A stretch of DNA of 64,000 bases from an uncultured Pelagibacteraceae bacterium (GTDB taxonomy: Bacteria > Pseudomonadota > Alphaproteobacteria > Pelagibacterales > Pelagibacteraceae). Shown here piece after piece: positions 52,396-61,779 of this stretch. A program made the position numbers and the translations under genes. Every line of letters begins with the position of its first letter. Positions within the stretch are counted from its first letter, which is position 1. The stretch is taken from the NCBI GenBank assembly GCA_902540545.1, contig CACBMY010000001.1:41077-105076 (forward strand), read 5' to 3'. Under the pieces are notes generated by a model, which saw nothing but the letters and a program-made list of their open reading frames with translations, made no database searches and had not been told where the DNA came from.

Positions 52396-54876
52396 ATGTC
52401 AAAAAATAAGATTACCGCAGTTCTTGGACCTACAAATACTGGTAAAACTTTTTTAGCTATTGAAACAATGCTTTCATTCGACTCGGGAATGATAGGTTTT
52501 CCTCTCAGACTCTTAGCAAGAGAAGTATATGACAAGATTGTACAAAAGATAGATGCATCTAAAGTTGCTCTTATTACTGGTGAAGAAAAAATTATACCAA
52601 TTAATGCAAAGTATTTTTTATGTACTGTAGAGTCAATGCCAGTAGATAAAGTTTTAGATTTCGTAGGCATAGATGAAATTCAAATGTGCTCAGATAATGA
52701 ACGAGGCCATATATTCACCGATAGATTATTAAATCTTAGGGGTGAAAAATTAACAATGCTTATGGGTTCAAATACTATAAAGAATATTATTCAAAAACTT
52801 GATGATGATGTTGAGTTTTTAAATAAACAAAGATTATCAAAACTCTCATTTGGTGGACACAAAAAAATTTCACGTATTGAAAGAAAAAGTGCAGTAATAG
52901 CTTTTTCTACGGAAGAGGTATATGCAATTGCAGAGCTTATAAGGAGACAGAAAGGTGGCGCAGCGATTGTTATGGGATCTCTCAGTCCTAAAACTAGAAA
53001 TGCTCAAGTAAGTTTATATCAATCAGGAGATGTTGATTATCTTGTTGCTACTGATGCTATTGGAATGGGAATAAATATGGATTTGGATCATATTTATTTT
53101 TCAAATATAAGAAAGTTTGATGGAAAAAAAATAAGAAGGTTGAAAATCTCTGAAATTGGGCAAATTGCGGGAAGGGCTGGTCGATACTTAAACGATGGCA
53201 GCTTTGGTATTACTGGAGATTGTGATGAAATTAATCCAGAAGAGATCGAATTTTTAGAAAATCATAATTTTCCAGAAATACAAAATATATTCTGGAGAAA
53301 TTCTAATCTAGATTTTAAAAATAAAGAAACTCTTATAAAATCGTTGGATGAAAAACCTAACAAGGATTGGTTGAAAAGAGTAGGAGAATGTGAAGACGAG
53401 AAAGTTTTAAAATATTTTTTAAGAGAAAATAATAATTATATAAATGACAATTCACATATTTTGAAAATTCTATGGGAATGCTGTCAAATCCCTGACTTTG
53501 TCAAAAAAACTTATGGTCATCATTTGGAAGTTGTACACAAAGTATTTAACTTTTTGACCAATTCAGATGAAAAAATACCGAACTATTATATGAAAAAACA
53601 ACTTTCAATGCTTGATAAACTTGATGGAAATGTGGACTCAATATCAAATAGAATATCTAATGTTAGAACATGGTCATATGTTTCTAACAAGTCAAATTGG
53701 GTTGAAAACCAAGATTACTGGATAGAAAGAACTAAAAACTTAGAAGATAAATTATCAGATAGACTCCATGATGAATTAACAAAAACATTTATAGATAAAA
53801 GAGCAAGTGTTTTAGCGAAAGGTTTGAAACAAGATATAGAATTAAAAACTGAAATCATTGAAAAAGAAAGGGTGCTGATTAATAATCAATATATTGGGAA
53901 CTTAAAGGGATTAAAATTAAAACTAGATTTAAAAGTTGGTGCATTAGATGCTGATATAAAATCTTTAAAAAAAGCCGCAAGACATAATGTGGGTCCAGAG
54001 ATAATTAATCGAATTCAACAAATAATAGATACAGGTCTTATAGAACTAAAAGATGATTTTAAAATTTATTGGTTCAATGATCCAATAGCAAAATTAACTG
54101 CTGGACCAGATTATCTTAAACCGAAAATTGATTTAATTATTGACGAGATGATTGAGAATGATGAAAGAAGTAAATTAAATGAATATTTAAATAAATGGAT
54201 AAATAAAAAAATAGAAACTGAGCTCAATAGTCTGATCGAGCTAAAAAATATTAAAGAAGAAAATCCTGAACTTAGAGCTTTGGCCTACAGACTATACGAG
54301 AATAATGGAGTAATTAAGAGGGCAAATATTTCTGAATATTTAAAAAAAATTAATCAAGATGATAGAAAAAAATTAAGAAGATTGGGTGTAAAGTTTGGAA
54401 GATATCATATTTTTTTATTTAAATTGTTTAAACCAAGTTCAGTTTCTTTAAGAATATTGTTATGGAAGAGTTTCAATAACAAGTTTCTTACTTTTTCTCC
54501 TCCAACTTTCGGATTAAACTTTTTAGATGGAATGAAATCTGCAAATAAAGATTTTATGTTACTTTGTGGTTTTGAAAATTTTGATGATATTTATGTTAGA
54601 ATAGATATTCTTGAAAGACTATTTTTACTAATATTTAATTCTGAAAAGGATGATAAGAAAGAGGTAAAGGTAATTCCCGAAATGTTAAACTTACTTGGTT
54701 GTTCAAAAGAAAACTTTAAAAAACTGCTAAAAAAAATGAATTATAAAATATATCAAAAAGAAAACGAACTTTTTATAAAATATTTTCCTTTAAAAAAGAA
54801 TATATCAAAAAAACAAGACAAAAAAGACTATTCTAATAATCCTTTCAATGTATTAAACCAATTAAACTTAAAATAA
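52396..54876 (+). CDS. SF2 helicase, Suv3/MgpS-like
   Basis: GPTNTGKT, PLRLLAREVY, DEIQ, VATDAIGMG, QIAGRAGR. Confidence 0.92.
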   Translation: MSKNKITAVLGPTNTGKTFLAIETMLSFDSGMIGFPLRLLAREVYDKIVQKIDASKVALITGEEKIIPINAKYFLCTVESMPVDKVLDFVGIDEIQMCSDNERGHIFTDRLLNLRGEKLTMLMGSNTIKNIIQKLDDDVEFLNKQRLSKLSFGGHKKISRIERKSAVIAFSTEEVYAIAELIRRQKGGAAIVMGSLSPKTRNAQVSLYQSGDVDYLVATDAIGMGINMDLDHIYFSNIRKFDGKKIRRLKISEIGQIAGRAGRYLNDGSFGITGDCDEINPEEIEFLENHNFPEIQNIFWRNSNLDFKNKETLIKSLDEKPNKDWLKRVGECEDEKVLKYFLRENNNYINDNSHILKILWECCQIPDFVKKTYGHHLEVVHKVFNFLTNSDEKIPNYYMKKQLSMLDKLDGNVDSISNRISNVRTWSYVSNKSNWVENQDYWIERTKNLEDKLSDRLHDELTKTFIDKRASVLAKGLKQDIELKTEIIEKERVLINNQYIGNLKGLKLKLDLKVGALDADIKSLKKAARHNVGPEIINRIQQIIDTGLIELKDDFKIYWFNDPIAKLTAGPDYLKPKIDLIIDEMIENDERSKLNEYLNKWINKKIETELNSLIELKNIKEENPELRALAYRLYENNGVIKRANISEYLKKINQDDRKKLRRLGVKFGRYHIFLFKLFKPSSVSLRILLWKSFNNKFLTFSPPTFGLNFLDGMKSANKDFMLLCGFENFDDIYVRIDILERLFLLIFNSEKDDKKEVKVIPEMLNLLGCSKENFKKLLKKMNYKIYQKENELFIKYFPLKKNISKKQDKKDYSNNPFNVLNQLNLK

Positions 54877-55301
54877 TGTTTAATTTATTTTCAAAAGAAA
54901 AAGAAACAAATAAAAATGAAAGCCACTTATCTTTAATTTGTGTTGCGGCACTTTTAATTCATTCGGCAAAAATTGATGAAAATTATACAGAAAAAGAAAA
55001 GATTATTATAAGAAAAGCTTTGATAGAAATGGGAGCAGATCAAAATTATTTAGATGGAATATTAAAGGATGCGGAAATAAGAGAAAAAGATTCAAATCAA
55101 ATTTTAGAATTTACTAAAGAAGTGAAAAATAAAAGTATTGAAGAAAAAAAGACAGTTGTAGAGGCATTATGGAATATTATCTACTCGGATGAGAATGCTG
55201 ATATGTATGAAACTAATTTAATGAGAAGGTTATCAGGTTTATTATATATAGATGCAAAGACTGTAGGGGATATAAAAGAAAAAGTTAAATCAAAAAAATG
55301 A
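54876..55301 (+). CDS. TerB-like family protein
   Basis: [12 protein letters not shown]...E, LWNIIYSD...YE..LMRRL. Confidence 0.8.
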   Translation: MFNLFSKEKETNKNESHLSLICVAALLIHSAKIDENYTEKEKIIIRKALIEMGADQNYLDGILKDAEIREKDSNQILEFTKEVKNKSIEEKKTVVEALWNIIYSDENADMYETNLMRRLSGLLYIDAKTVGDIKEKVKSKK

Positions 55302-55624
55302 CTTACTTGGTAAATGAGAAATGTATAAAATGTAAGCACACTACATGTGTGGATGTTTGTCCAGTTGATTGTTTTTATGAGGGCAAAAATATGCTTGTAA
55401 TTAAACCTGATGAGTGTATAGATTGTGGCGTTTGCGAGCCTGAGTGTCCAATTGATGCTATAGTTTCAGATACTGAACCAGGTAGTGAAAAATGGTTAGA
55501 AATAAACAAAAAATATTCTGAGATATGGCCAAATATCTCAGAAATAAAAGATCCTATGCCTGACCATGAAAGATTTAAAGATGAAGAAAATAAATTTGAT
55601 AAATACTTTAAAGAAAACTTTTAA
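55298..55624 (+). CDS. fdxA: Ferredoxin, FdxA type
   Basis: [18 protein letters not shown] and [12 protein letters not shown]. Confidence 0.95.
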   Translation: MTYLVNEKCIKCKHTTCVDVCPVDCFYEGKNMLVIKPDECIDCGVCEPECPIDAIVSDTEPGSEKWLEINKKYSEIWPNISEIKDPMPDHERFKDEENKFDKYFKENF

Positions 55625-56444
55625 AACTAAAAAAAGTGTTAATAAAAAAAAGAAAATCAAAAATATTTCTAAACAAAAAAAAATAAAAAAAATTGCAAAG
55701 ATAAAAAAATCAGATTCACTTAATAAAATAAAAAAAATCACACAAAAAAAAAACGTTAAATCATCACCAAAAACAAAGAATATAAAATCAGAAAAAAAGG
55801 AGTCAGCAGACAATAATAACTTACTTCGTATTCCAAAAAATAATGAACAAAAACCTGAAATTAAAAAAGTAAAAAAACAAGATACTGAGAAAAAAGAGTA
55901 TAAAATAAAAGACTACGTTGTTTATCCTAAACATGGAGTGGGACAGATTACTGAATTTAAAAAAATGAATATAGGTGGAATTGACATTGAGGCATATATT
56001 TTAAAATTTGAGAAAGATAAAGCTAACGGGATGGTGCCAGTAAATAAACAATCTCATCTAAGACCACTTGCAACAATTAACCAAATAAATAAATGTATGA
56101 GTATATTAAAAAGCAAGCCAAAAATTAAAAGAAGCATGTGGAGCAGAAGAGCTCAAGAATATGAAGCGAAAATTTCATCAGGTAAAATTTATGAACTAGC
56201 AGAAGTAGTAAGAGACCTAAACAAAGGAGATGATCTTATGGTAGATCAATCTTACAGTGAAAGGCAACTTTTTGAAAAAGCGTATGATAGAATACTTACG
56301 GAGTTTCAAATTGTTTTAAATATAAGTTTAGAGGATACACAAAAAAAATTAGATAAAGCTTTAAAACGGAACCTTGAAAAGCAAATTCAGAAAATTGAAA
56401 GCAAATCAACTGAAGAAGAGGTATCAGAGGATATTGCTAAATAA
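55566..56444 (+). CDS. carD: CarD/CdnL-family RNA polymerase-binding regulator with Lys-rich N-terminal extension
   Basis: [39 protein letters not shown]; start uncertain (55566 or 55581). Confidence 0.92.
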   Translation: MKDLKMKKINLINTLKKTFKTKKSVNKKKKIKNISKQKKIKKIAKIKKSDSLNKIKKITQKKNVKSSPKTKNIKSEKKESADNNNLLRIPKNNEQKPEIKKVKKQDTEKKEYKIKDYVVYPKHGVGQITEFKKMNIGGIDIEAYILKFEKDKANGMVPVNKQSHLRPLATINQINKCMSILKSKPKIKRSMWSRRAQEYEAKISSGKIYELAEVVRDLNKGDDLMVDQSYSERQLFEKAYDRILTEFQIVLNISLEDTQKKLDKALKRNLEKQIQKIESKSTEEEVSEDIAK

Positions 56445-56480
56445 AAAAACGCTCCCCACGCAAGCGCCATGAGAAGCGTT
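56443..56480 (-). terminator. Intrinsic terminator of the basic micro-gene
   Basis: Minus strand AACGCTTCTCATG-GCGCTTG-CGTGGGGAGCGTT followed by TTTTT; 13-bp stem with three G-U pairs that are mismatches on the plus strand. Confidence 0.85.
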
Positions 56481-56502
56481 ATTTAATAAAAAGAATACTA
56501 AA

Positions 56503-56586
56503 CTATTTTCTTCTTTTCTTCTTAGCTTTTTTCTTAGCTTTTTTCTTAGTTTTCTTTTTAGCAGCTTTTTTTCTTCTTTTAGCCAT
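56503..56586 (-). CDS. 27-aa Lys/Arg/Ala-rich basic peptide (histone H1-tail/protamine-like composition)
   Basis: Read by hand: MAKRRKKAAKKKTKKKAKKKAKKKRRK-stop; SD AAAGGGAG upstream; promoter and terminator flank it. Confidence 0.85.
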   Translation of the reverse strand: MAKRRKKAAKKKTKKKAKKKAKKKRRK

Positions 56587-56602
56587 CTTTAGCTCCCTTT
56601 TT

Positions 56603-56633
56603 TAATTACGAATCTTTTTGATTCGTTTAATTA
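56603..56633 (-). promoter_or_regulatory. 5' leader hairpin of the micro-gene
   Basis: ACGAATC-N5-GATTCGT (56608-56626), extended by TAATT/AATTA; lies between the predicted start site and the SD. Confidence 0.6.
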
Positions 56634-56637
56634 CCTT

Positions 56638-56666
56638 TTTGTAATTTTTTTGAATAGTTATGTCAA
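56638..56666 (-). promoter_or_regulatory. Sigma70-type promoter of the micro-gene
   Basis: Minus strand TTGACA-17 nt-TACAAA. Confidence 0.7.
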
Positions 56667-56771
56667 TTACATAATTTTTTGTGTTTTTTTAATTTTTTTT
56701 TTTTTAAAATAAAAAAATTAATAATTAAAAAAAGTTAAGTAAAATAGGGATTATTAAACAAATTTTTCAAG

Positions 56772-58481
56772 TTAATTGTAAAGATTTTCAAAATTATTTT
56801 TATATTTATTTATAATTTTATATCTTTTTAACTTTAATGTCGGTGTTAGCATTCCATTTTCAATTGAAAATTTTTCATTTATTAAAAAAAACTTTTTTAT
56901 ATTTTCAATTTTTGAAAGGTTTTTATTCAAACTATTTATTGCATTATGAATTTTTTCATTTGTAATATTACTGTATTCGTCATTTAAAACTATTAGAGCT
57001 ACTAAATATGGTTTATTATCTCCATACACCACCGCTTGATCTATGAATTCTAAATTTACTAATTCATTTTCAATTTTTAATGGAGAAATATTATCTCCTC
57101 CAGGAGTAATGAGAATATCTTTTTTTCTATCAGTGATTTTTAAAAAATTATTTTCAAATACACCAATATCTCCTGTGTGAAGCCAGCCATCTATCAGAAC
57201 TTTATCAGTTTCTTCTTTATTATTCCAATAGCCCAACATAACATTTTCACCTTTAACAAGTATTTCACCATCTTCAGCTATTTTGACCTTATTTCCCTTA
57301 AACGGTGGGCCAACAGTGTCTATTCTAATATCGTCTATTGGATTACAGCTAACAACTGGGGATGTCTCAGTTAGGCCATATCCTTGAAGAGTTGGTAAAC
57401 CAATCGCATTTAAAAAATATCCAACCTCTTTGTCCAAAGCACCTCCACCAGAAACAAATGTTTTGAGAGAACCACCGAATTGTGATTTTATTTTTTTTCT
57501 TACTAATTTCTCAAGAATGTTATCTTGTAGTTTCTCAAAAAAAGTTAAATTTTCTTTTTTTATTTTTTTTAGACCTATGTCTAACATTTTATATATTAAT
57601 TTTTTTTTCAATCCTGTCGCTTTTTTAAAACTTGCATTAATTTTTTGATAAAGGTTTTGGTAAAATCTTGGTACAGCAGTCATAATTTCTGGTGAACAAT
57701 CACCCATATTCTTAACTAATTTGTCGATACTCTCAGCATAAAAAATTCTAGCTGCTACAGTGATTTGTACAAATTGGACGGTGTGCTCGTAAGAATGTGA
57801 AAGTGGAAGCCAAGTAAGAAACTTGGGTTGTTGTTTAGTTAATAATGGTTTTAGAATATCTATTGCGCCCTCGCAATTATTTAATATGCCTCCATGACTT
57901 AAAATAACTCCCTTAGGATTTCCTTGAGTACCTGAAGTATAAATTATGCAAGATGGATCTTTTCTTAAGGCTAAAGATTTTTGAATTGGTAAATTTTTTT
58001 TATTATTATTTTTTTCTAAGTCTTCTAAATTAATATAATCAAATTCAACATTTGGTAATTTTTCAAAGGAAAATATTTTTTTGATAAATTTTTTGTCCTT
58101 AATAATGTTTTTTAATTTATTGAATTGTCCAATATTTGAAACAAAAATTATACTTGGAGTGCAATCATTGATAATATAATTATAGTCATTTTCTGCATAA
58201 GTTGTGTAAGCTGGAACAGTTATCCCATCTGATAGCATAATAGACAAATCTGCAATAAACCATTCTGGTCTATTTTCAGAAATTAATAAACATCTATCAC
58301 CTTTTGATATTACTTTTCTTAATTCATTGGAAACTAAATTAATAAAATCGTAGGTTTCTTGCCAAGAGTAATTTTTTCTTTTATCACCTAAAGTTGATAA
58401 TAAAATTTTATTTTTATCAATTTGTTTATTAAATTGATAAAAAAATAATTCAGTTAAGTTACTAATTTGTTTTAAGTCCAT
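56772..58481 (-). CDS. Long-chain fatty acid-CoA ligase (FadD15/ACSL type)
   Basis: IYTSGTQGNPKGV, LPLSHSYE, SGGGAL, QGYGLTE, GWLHTGD, DRKKD; likely start MDLKQ at 58481, because the track start lies inside the tRNA. Confidence 0.92.
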   Translation of the reverse strand: MDLKQISNLTELFFYQFNKQIDKNKILLSTLGDKRKNYSWQETYDFINLVSNELRKVISKGDRCLLISENRPEWFIADLSIMLSDGITVPAYTTYAENDYNYIINDCTPSIIFVSNIGQFNKLKNIIKDKKFIKKIFSFEKLPNVEFDYINLEDLEKNNNKKNLPIQKSLALRKDPSCIIYTSGTQGNPKGVILSHGGILNNCEGAIDILKPLLTKQQPKFLTWLPLSHSYEHTVQFVQITVAARIFYAESIDKLVKNMGDCSPEIMTAVPRFYQNLYQKINASFKKATGLKKKLIYKMLDIGLKKIKKENLTFFEKLQDNILEKLVRKKIKSQFGGSLKTFVSGGGALDKEVGYFLNAIGLPTLQGYGLTETSPVVSCNPIDDIRIDTVGPPFKGNKVKIAEDGEILVKGENVMLGYWNNKEETDKVLIDGWLHTGDIGVFENNFLKITDRKKDILITPGGDNISPLKIENELVNLEFIDQAVVYGDNKPYLVALIVLNDEYSNITNEKIHNAINSLNKNLSKIENIKKFFLINEKFSIENGMLTPTLKLKRYKIINKYKNNFENLYN

Positions 58482-58489
58482 ATATTTTT

Positions 58490-58576
58490 TGGTGGGCAAA
58501 GAGAGAATCGAACTCTCACAGTATTGCTACTATTGGATTTTGAGTCCAACGCGTCTACCAGTTCCGCCATTCGCCC
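58490..58576 (-). tRNA. tRNA-Leu(CAA)
   Basis: Reverse complement GGGCGAA...TTGGA-CTCAAAA-TCCAA, variable arm, GTTCGATTC, TTTGCCCACCA. Confidence 0.95.
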
Positions 58577-58641
58577 GTTTATTTTTAGTTTCATAGAATA
58601 TAAATAATAGTATTAAAACACTATTTATATTAAAAGAAAAT

Positions 58642-59250
58642 ATGTTTAAGGAACTATTTAATAAAACAATTAAACTTGCAGGACATAAAAATTCAAAAAA
58701 AATTTTAGGTTTTATTTCTTTTATTGAGAGTTTCATATTCCCTATTCCACCAGATGTTCTTATTATTCCAATGACTATTGCCGACAGACAAAGATGGATG
58801 AAGATAGCAATTATTGCTACGACAGGATCCGTCTTAGGTGCATGTTTGGGATATTTCATAGGATATGTTTTTTTCAATGAAATTGGAATTAAGATTTTTG
58901 AGCTTTACGGTGTAGATAATACTTCATTTTTAAAAGATAAGATTTCATCAGATGGAGGGGTTTTTGCATGGGCAACGTTGCTGGCTATAGCGGGTTTTAC
59001 ACCCATCCCATTTAAATTACTCACAATAACAAGTGGGTTTGTTCAATTTAATATTGTCTATTTTATAATTGTCTCCTTGATAACAAGAGGATCTAGATTT
59101 TTTATAATAGCTTTCTTGGTTGGAAATTTTGGTCCAGCTATGAAAACAATAATTGAAAAAAAGCTGCTTAAAGTTTCAATTATAATTTCAATTGTATTAA
59201 TAGTTTTTGCTTTTTTAATTTATAAATTTTTACAAAACTTTATGAACTAA
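58642..59250 (+). CDS. YqaA/DedA-family membrane protein
   Basis: SFIESFIFPIPPD, GSVLGA, GFTPIPFK, RGSRFF. Confidence 0.88.
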   Translation: MFKELFNKTIKLAGHKNSKKILGFISFIESFIFPIPPDVLIIPMTIADRQRWMKIAIIATTGSVLGACLGYFIGYVFFNEIGIKIFELYGVDNTSFLKDKISSDGGVFAWATLLAIAGFTPIPFKLLTITSGFVQFNIVYFIIVSLITRGSRFFIIAFLVGNFGPAMKTIIEKKLLKVSIIISIVLIVFAFLIYKFLQNFMN

Positions 59251-59251
59251 A

Positions 59252-59725
59252 ATGAATTTTATTTTTAAAAGAAAAAATATTTATTTACTAATTTTAATAT
59301 ACTCTATTATTGCTATATTATCCGCGATCTATATTGAAAAAGTTCTAGGGTATTTACCTTGTAAATTATGTATTTATCAAAGAATTCCTTTTTTAGTAGC
59401 GATCTTCATTTGTTTTTTGGGATATAACTATGTTAAATCTGATAGAATACTAATTGCTTTAATCATTACATTCACACTGAGCACTGCTCTTGCAGGATAT
59501 CATTTTGGTATAGAAAATGGCATTTTTGATGAATATGCTGGTTGTACAAACATAAATATAGATATCACGAATAAAGAAAAAATAATCGAAAGTCTTGGAA
59601 TGGTTAAAAATTGTAAAGATGTAGATTTTACTATTTTAGGCATATCTTTATCTGGATTGAATTTTTTAACATCTTTACTAATTGTATTATTTTCGCTAAG
59701 AGCTCTTGTTTATGAAAAAGACTAA
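59252..59725 (+). CDS. dsbB: Disulfide bond formation protein B
   Basis: PCKLCIYQR, YHFGIE, second Cys pair. Confidence 0.9.
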   Translation: MNFIFKRKNIYLLILIYSIIAILSAIYIEKVLGYLPCKLCIYQRIPFLVAIFICFLGYNYVKSDRILIALIITFTLSTALAGYHFGIENGIFDEYAGCTNINIDITNKEKIIESLGMVKNCKDVDFTILGISLSGLNFLTSLLIVLFSLRALVYEKD

Positions 59726-60245
59726 CAAGAAAAAATTAGAAGAATTTATTAGAGTTGATCACGCAGGTGAAAGAGGTGCAATTAAAATATATGAAGGTCA
59801 ACTTTTAGCACTGAAAACATTTAAAAAAGATCCTGAACTATTAAAATTGGTAGAAGAAATGAGAGAACATGAGCAAGAACATAGTGAATTTTTTGAAAAT
59901 GAAATCAGAGAAAGAAATATAAAACCAACTAAATTTTTACCACTATGGGATTTATTAGGAGTAGGTTTAGGTTTCAGCTCAACAATATTAGGAAAAAAGG
60001 CAGCAATGCTATGTACAGCGTCTGTTGAGGAAGTTATTGATAAACATTACCAAAGTCAAATAGATCAATTACAAGATGATGAGAAAAAACTTAGAGAAAA
60101 AATTAAAAAATTTAGAGCTGATGAATTGGAACATAAAGATATTGCGTATGAGCACGGCGCAACAAAAAAAGGATTATATTCAGTGATGGATAAAATTATT
60201 AAAACTGGCTCAAAAATTGCTATAAATATCTCTGAAAAAATTTAA
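59712..60245 (+). CDS. coq7: Demethoxyubiquinone hydroxylase (di-iron)
   Basis: RVDHAGERGA, EQEH, VEEVIDKHY, DELEH. Confidence 0.93.
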   Translation: MKKTNKKKLEEFIRVDHAGERGAIKIYEGQLLALKTFKKDPELLKLVEEMREHEQEHSEFFENEIRERNIKPTKFLPLWDLLGVGLGFSSTILGKKAAMLCTASVEEVIDKHYQSQIDQLQDDEKKLREKIKKFRADELEHKDIAYEHGATKKGLYSVMDKIIKTGSKIAINISEKI

Positions 60246-60814
60246 CTAGGATCTAATTCTACATCCCAATATAAATAATCCATCCAACTGCTGTGTAGAA
60301 AATTAGGAGGAAAATTCTTCCCATTTCTATGAAGATCTTCTGTTGTTGGTTGAAAAGGCCATTGATTTAACTTCATTCCAGAATTTTTTAGCAATCTTCC
60401 ACCTTTTTTTACATTACATGCTGAGCATGCAGTAACAACGTTTTCCCAATCAGTTTTCCCACCTTTTGATCTTGGAAGAAGATGGTCAAAAGTTAGTTCA
60501 TCATTACTTCCACAATATTGACAACTAAACTTATCTCGTAGAAAAACATTAAATCTTGTGAAATTTGGATTTGAACGAGGCTTTATAAAAGATTTTAATG
60601 CAATAACACTTGGTAACTGCATAGAGAATGATGGGCTTCTTATCATTCTATCATAATGACTTACAATTGAGACTCTATCTAAAAATACAGATTTAATAGC
60701 GTCTTGCCATGACCATAATGATAAAGGATAATAACTTAACGGTCTATAATCTGCATTAAGGACTAGAGCTGGACATTTTTCGAGTGAAAGGTTTTCATTG
60801 ATCATCATAGTCAT
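60242..60814 (-). CDS. HNH endonuclease-family protein
   Basis: LVLNADYRPL, RDKFSCQYCG, TFDHLLPRSKGG, WENVVTACSACN; start could be 60814, 60808 or 60805. Confidence 0.9.
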   Translation of the reverse strand: MTMMINENLSLEKCPALVLNADYRPLSYYPLSLWSWQDAIKSVFLDRVSIVSHYDRMIRSPSFSMQLPSVIALKSFIKPRSNPNFTRFNVFLRDKFSCQYCGSNDELTFDHLLPRSKGGKTDWENVVTACSACNVKKGGRLLKNSGMKLNQWPFQPTTEDLHRNGKNFPPNFLHSSWMDYLYWDVELDPS

Positions 60815-60872
60815 AACTGTTTAATATATTATATATTATTATTAATCAATGTAACAAAAAAGTTAATTCTCT

Positions 60873-61529
60873 TTAAATATCAAAATTATCTTTGATAAAT
60901 TTTAATGCATTACTTGAAGCTTCAACTGGTATATGATGGTCGCAGTCTTTGATCATTAAAGTTTCTATACTAATATTATTCCGTGTAAAAAAATCTTTTG
61001 CTTCCAATAAATTGTAGGGTGGAACGATTTCATCTTTTTCACCATGAATTAATAAAGTTTTTGTTTTAGAAATTAACCTTAAACTAAGATCCTCTCTATC
61101 TATAATCTTTCCGGAAAATCCAACAATACAATTAAAGGGATCTTTAGAAGTTAAGCCCAAGTTTATTGACATCATGCAACCCTGACTGAATCCAGATAAA
61201 CATATCTTTGAATTTTCCAAATTATATTCTGTTTTAACTTCTTCAATATATTTTCTTAATTTATCTTCAGCTTTTTTTGCTTCGTCTAAAATATAATTTT
61301 TGTCATTTGTTTCTAAATCAAACCATTGATAACCAATTGGATTAATTTTACATGGTTCGTGCCCATTTGGACATAAGAATACTGTATCAGTTAAAAATCT
61401 TTTCCAATTAAGAGTTAACATGCTTATATCTTTTCCATCTCCACCATATCCATGAAGTAAAATTACTGCATTTTTGATGTCGGACCCATTTTCAGGTTTT
61501 ATAATTGTTGATTCAAGGCAAAATGTCAT
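60873..61529 (-). CDS. Phospholipase/carboxylesterase
   Basis: LLHGYG, YQWF, GFSQG, HGEKD. Confidence 0.9.
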   Translation of the reverse strand: MTFCLESTIIKPENGSDIKNAVILLHGYGGDGKDISMLTLNWKRFLTDTVFLCPNGHEPCKINPIGYQWFDLETNDKNYILDEAKKAEDKLRKYIEEVKTEYNLENSKICLSGFSQGCMMSINLGLTSKDPFNCIVGFSGKIIDREDLSLRLISKTKTLLIHGEKDEIVPPYNLLEAKDFFTRNNISIETLMIKDCDHHIPVEASSNALKFIKDNFDI

Positions 61530-61578
61530 AGATAAGTAATTATGTTTTTTTATTTTAAAAAGAAACTAAAATCAAAGC

Positions 61579-61779
61579 ATGATTTCTGAAATATTTGTCA
61601 AAATTGCAGCAATTGTTTTGCTTGCAGCTGTAGCTGTAGTCTTAATTCTTGGAATTAGAACTCTTTTTAAAGGAGACGGAGATAAAAAAACATCTAACAA
61701 ATTAATGCAGCTTAGAGTATTACTACAATTTGTTGCTATAATTGTGCTTGTAGCATTAGCTTACTTTTATAAAAACTAA
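61579..61779 (+). CDS. Twin-transmembrane-helix small protein (HIG1-like)
   Basis: Two TM helices joined by SNKLMQLRVLLQ. Confidence 0.85.
   Translation: MISEIFVKIAAIVLLAAVAVVLILGIRTLFKGDGDKKTSNKLMQLRVLLQFVAIIVLVALAYFYKN

Noticed and set aside
54876-55301. Tellurite-resistance locus
   Set aside because: A single TerB-fold gene with no terA/C/D/Z; the family name alone does not support the function.
56503-56586. 12-nt tandem repeat (CTTAGCTTTTTT) as a microsatellite or CRISPR-like repeat
   Set aside because: The units vary at codon level and have no spacers; they are better explained as AKKK coding repeats of the micro-gene.
56670-56771. Long T and A runs forming an apparent inverted repeat or phase-variation tract
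   Set aside because: Almost pure A/T, so pairing is expected by chance; at most an UP-element-like region of the micro-gene promoter.
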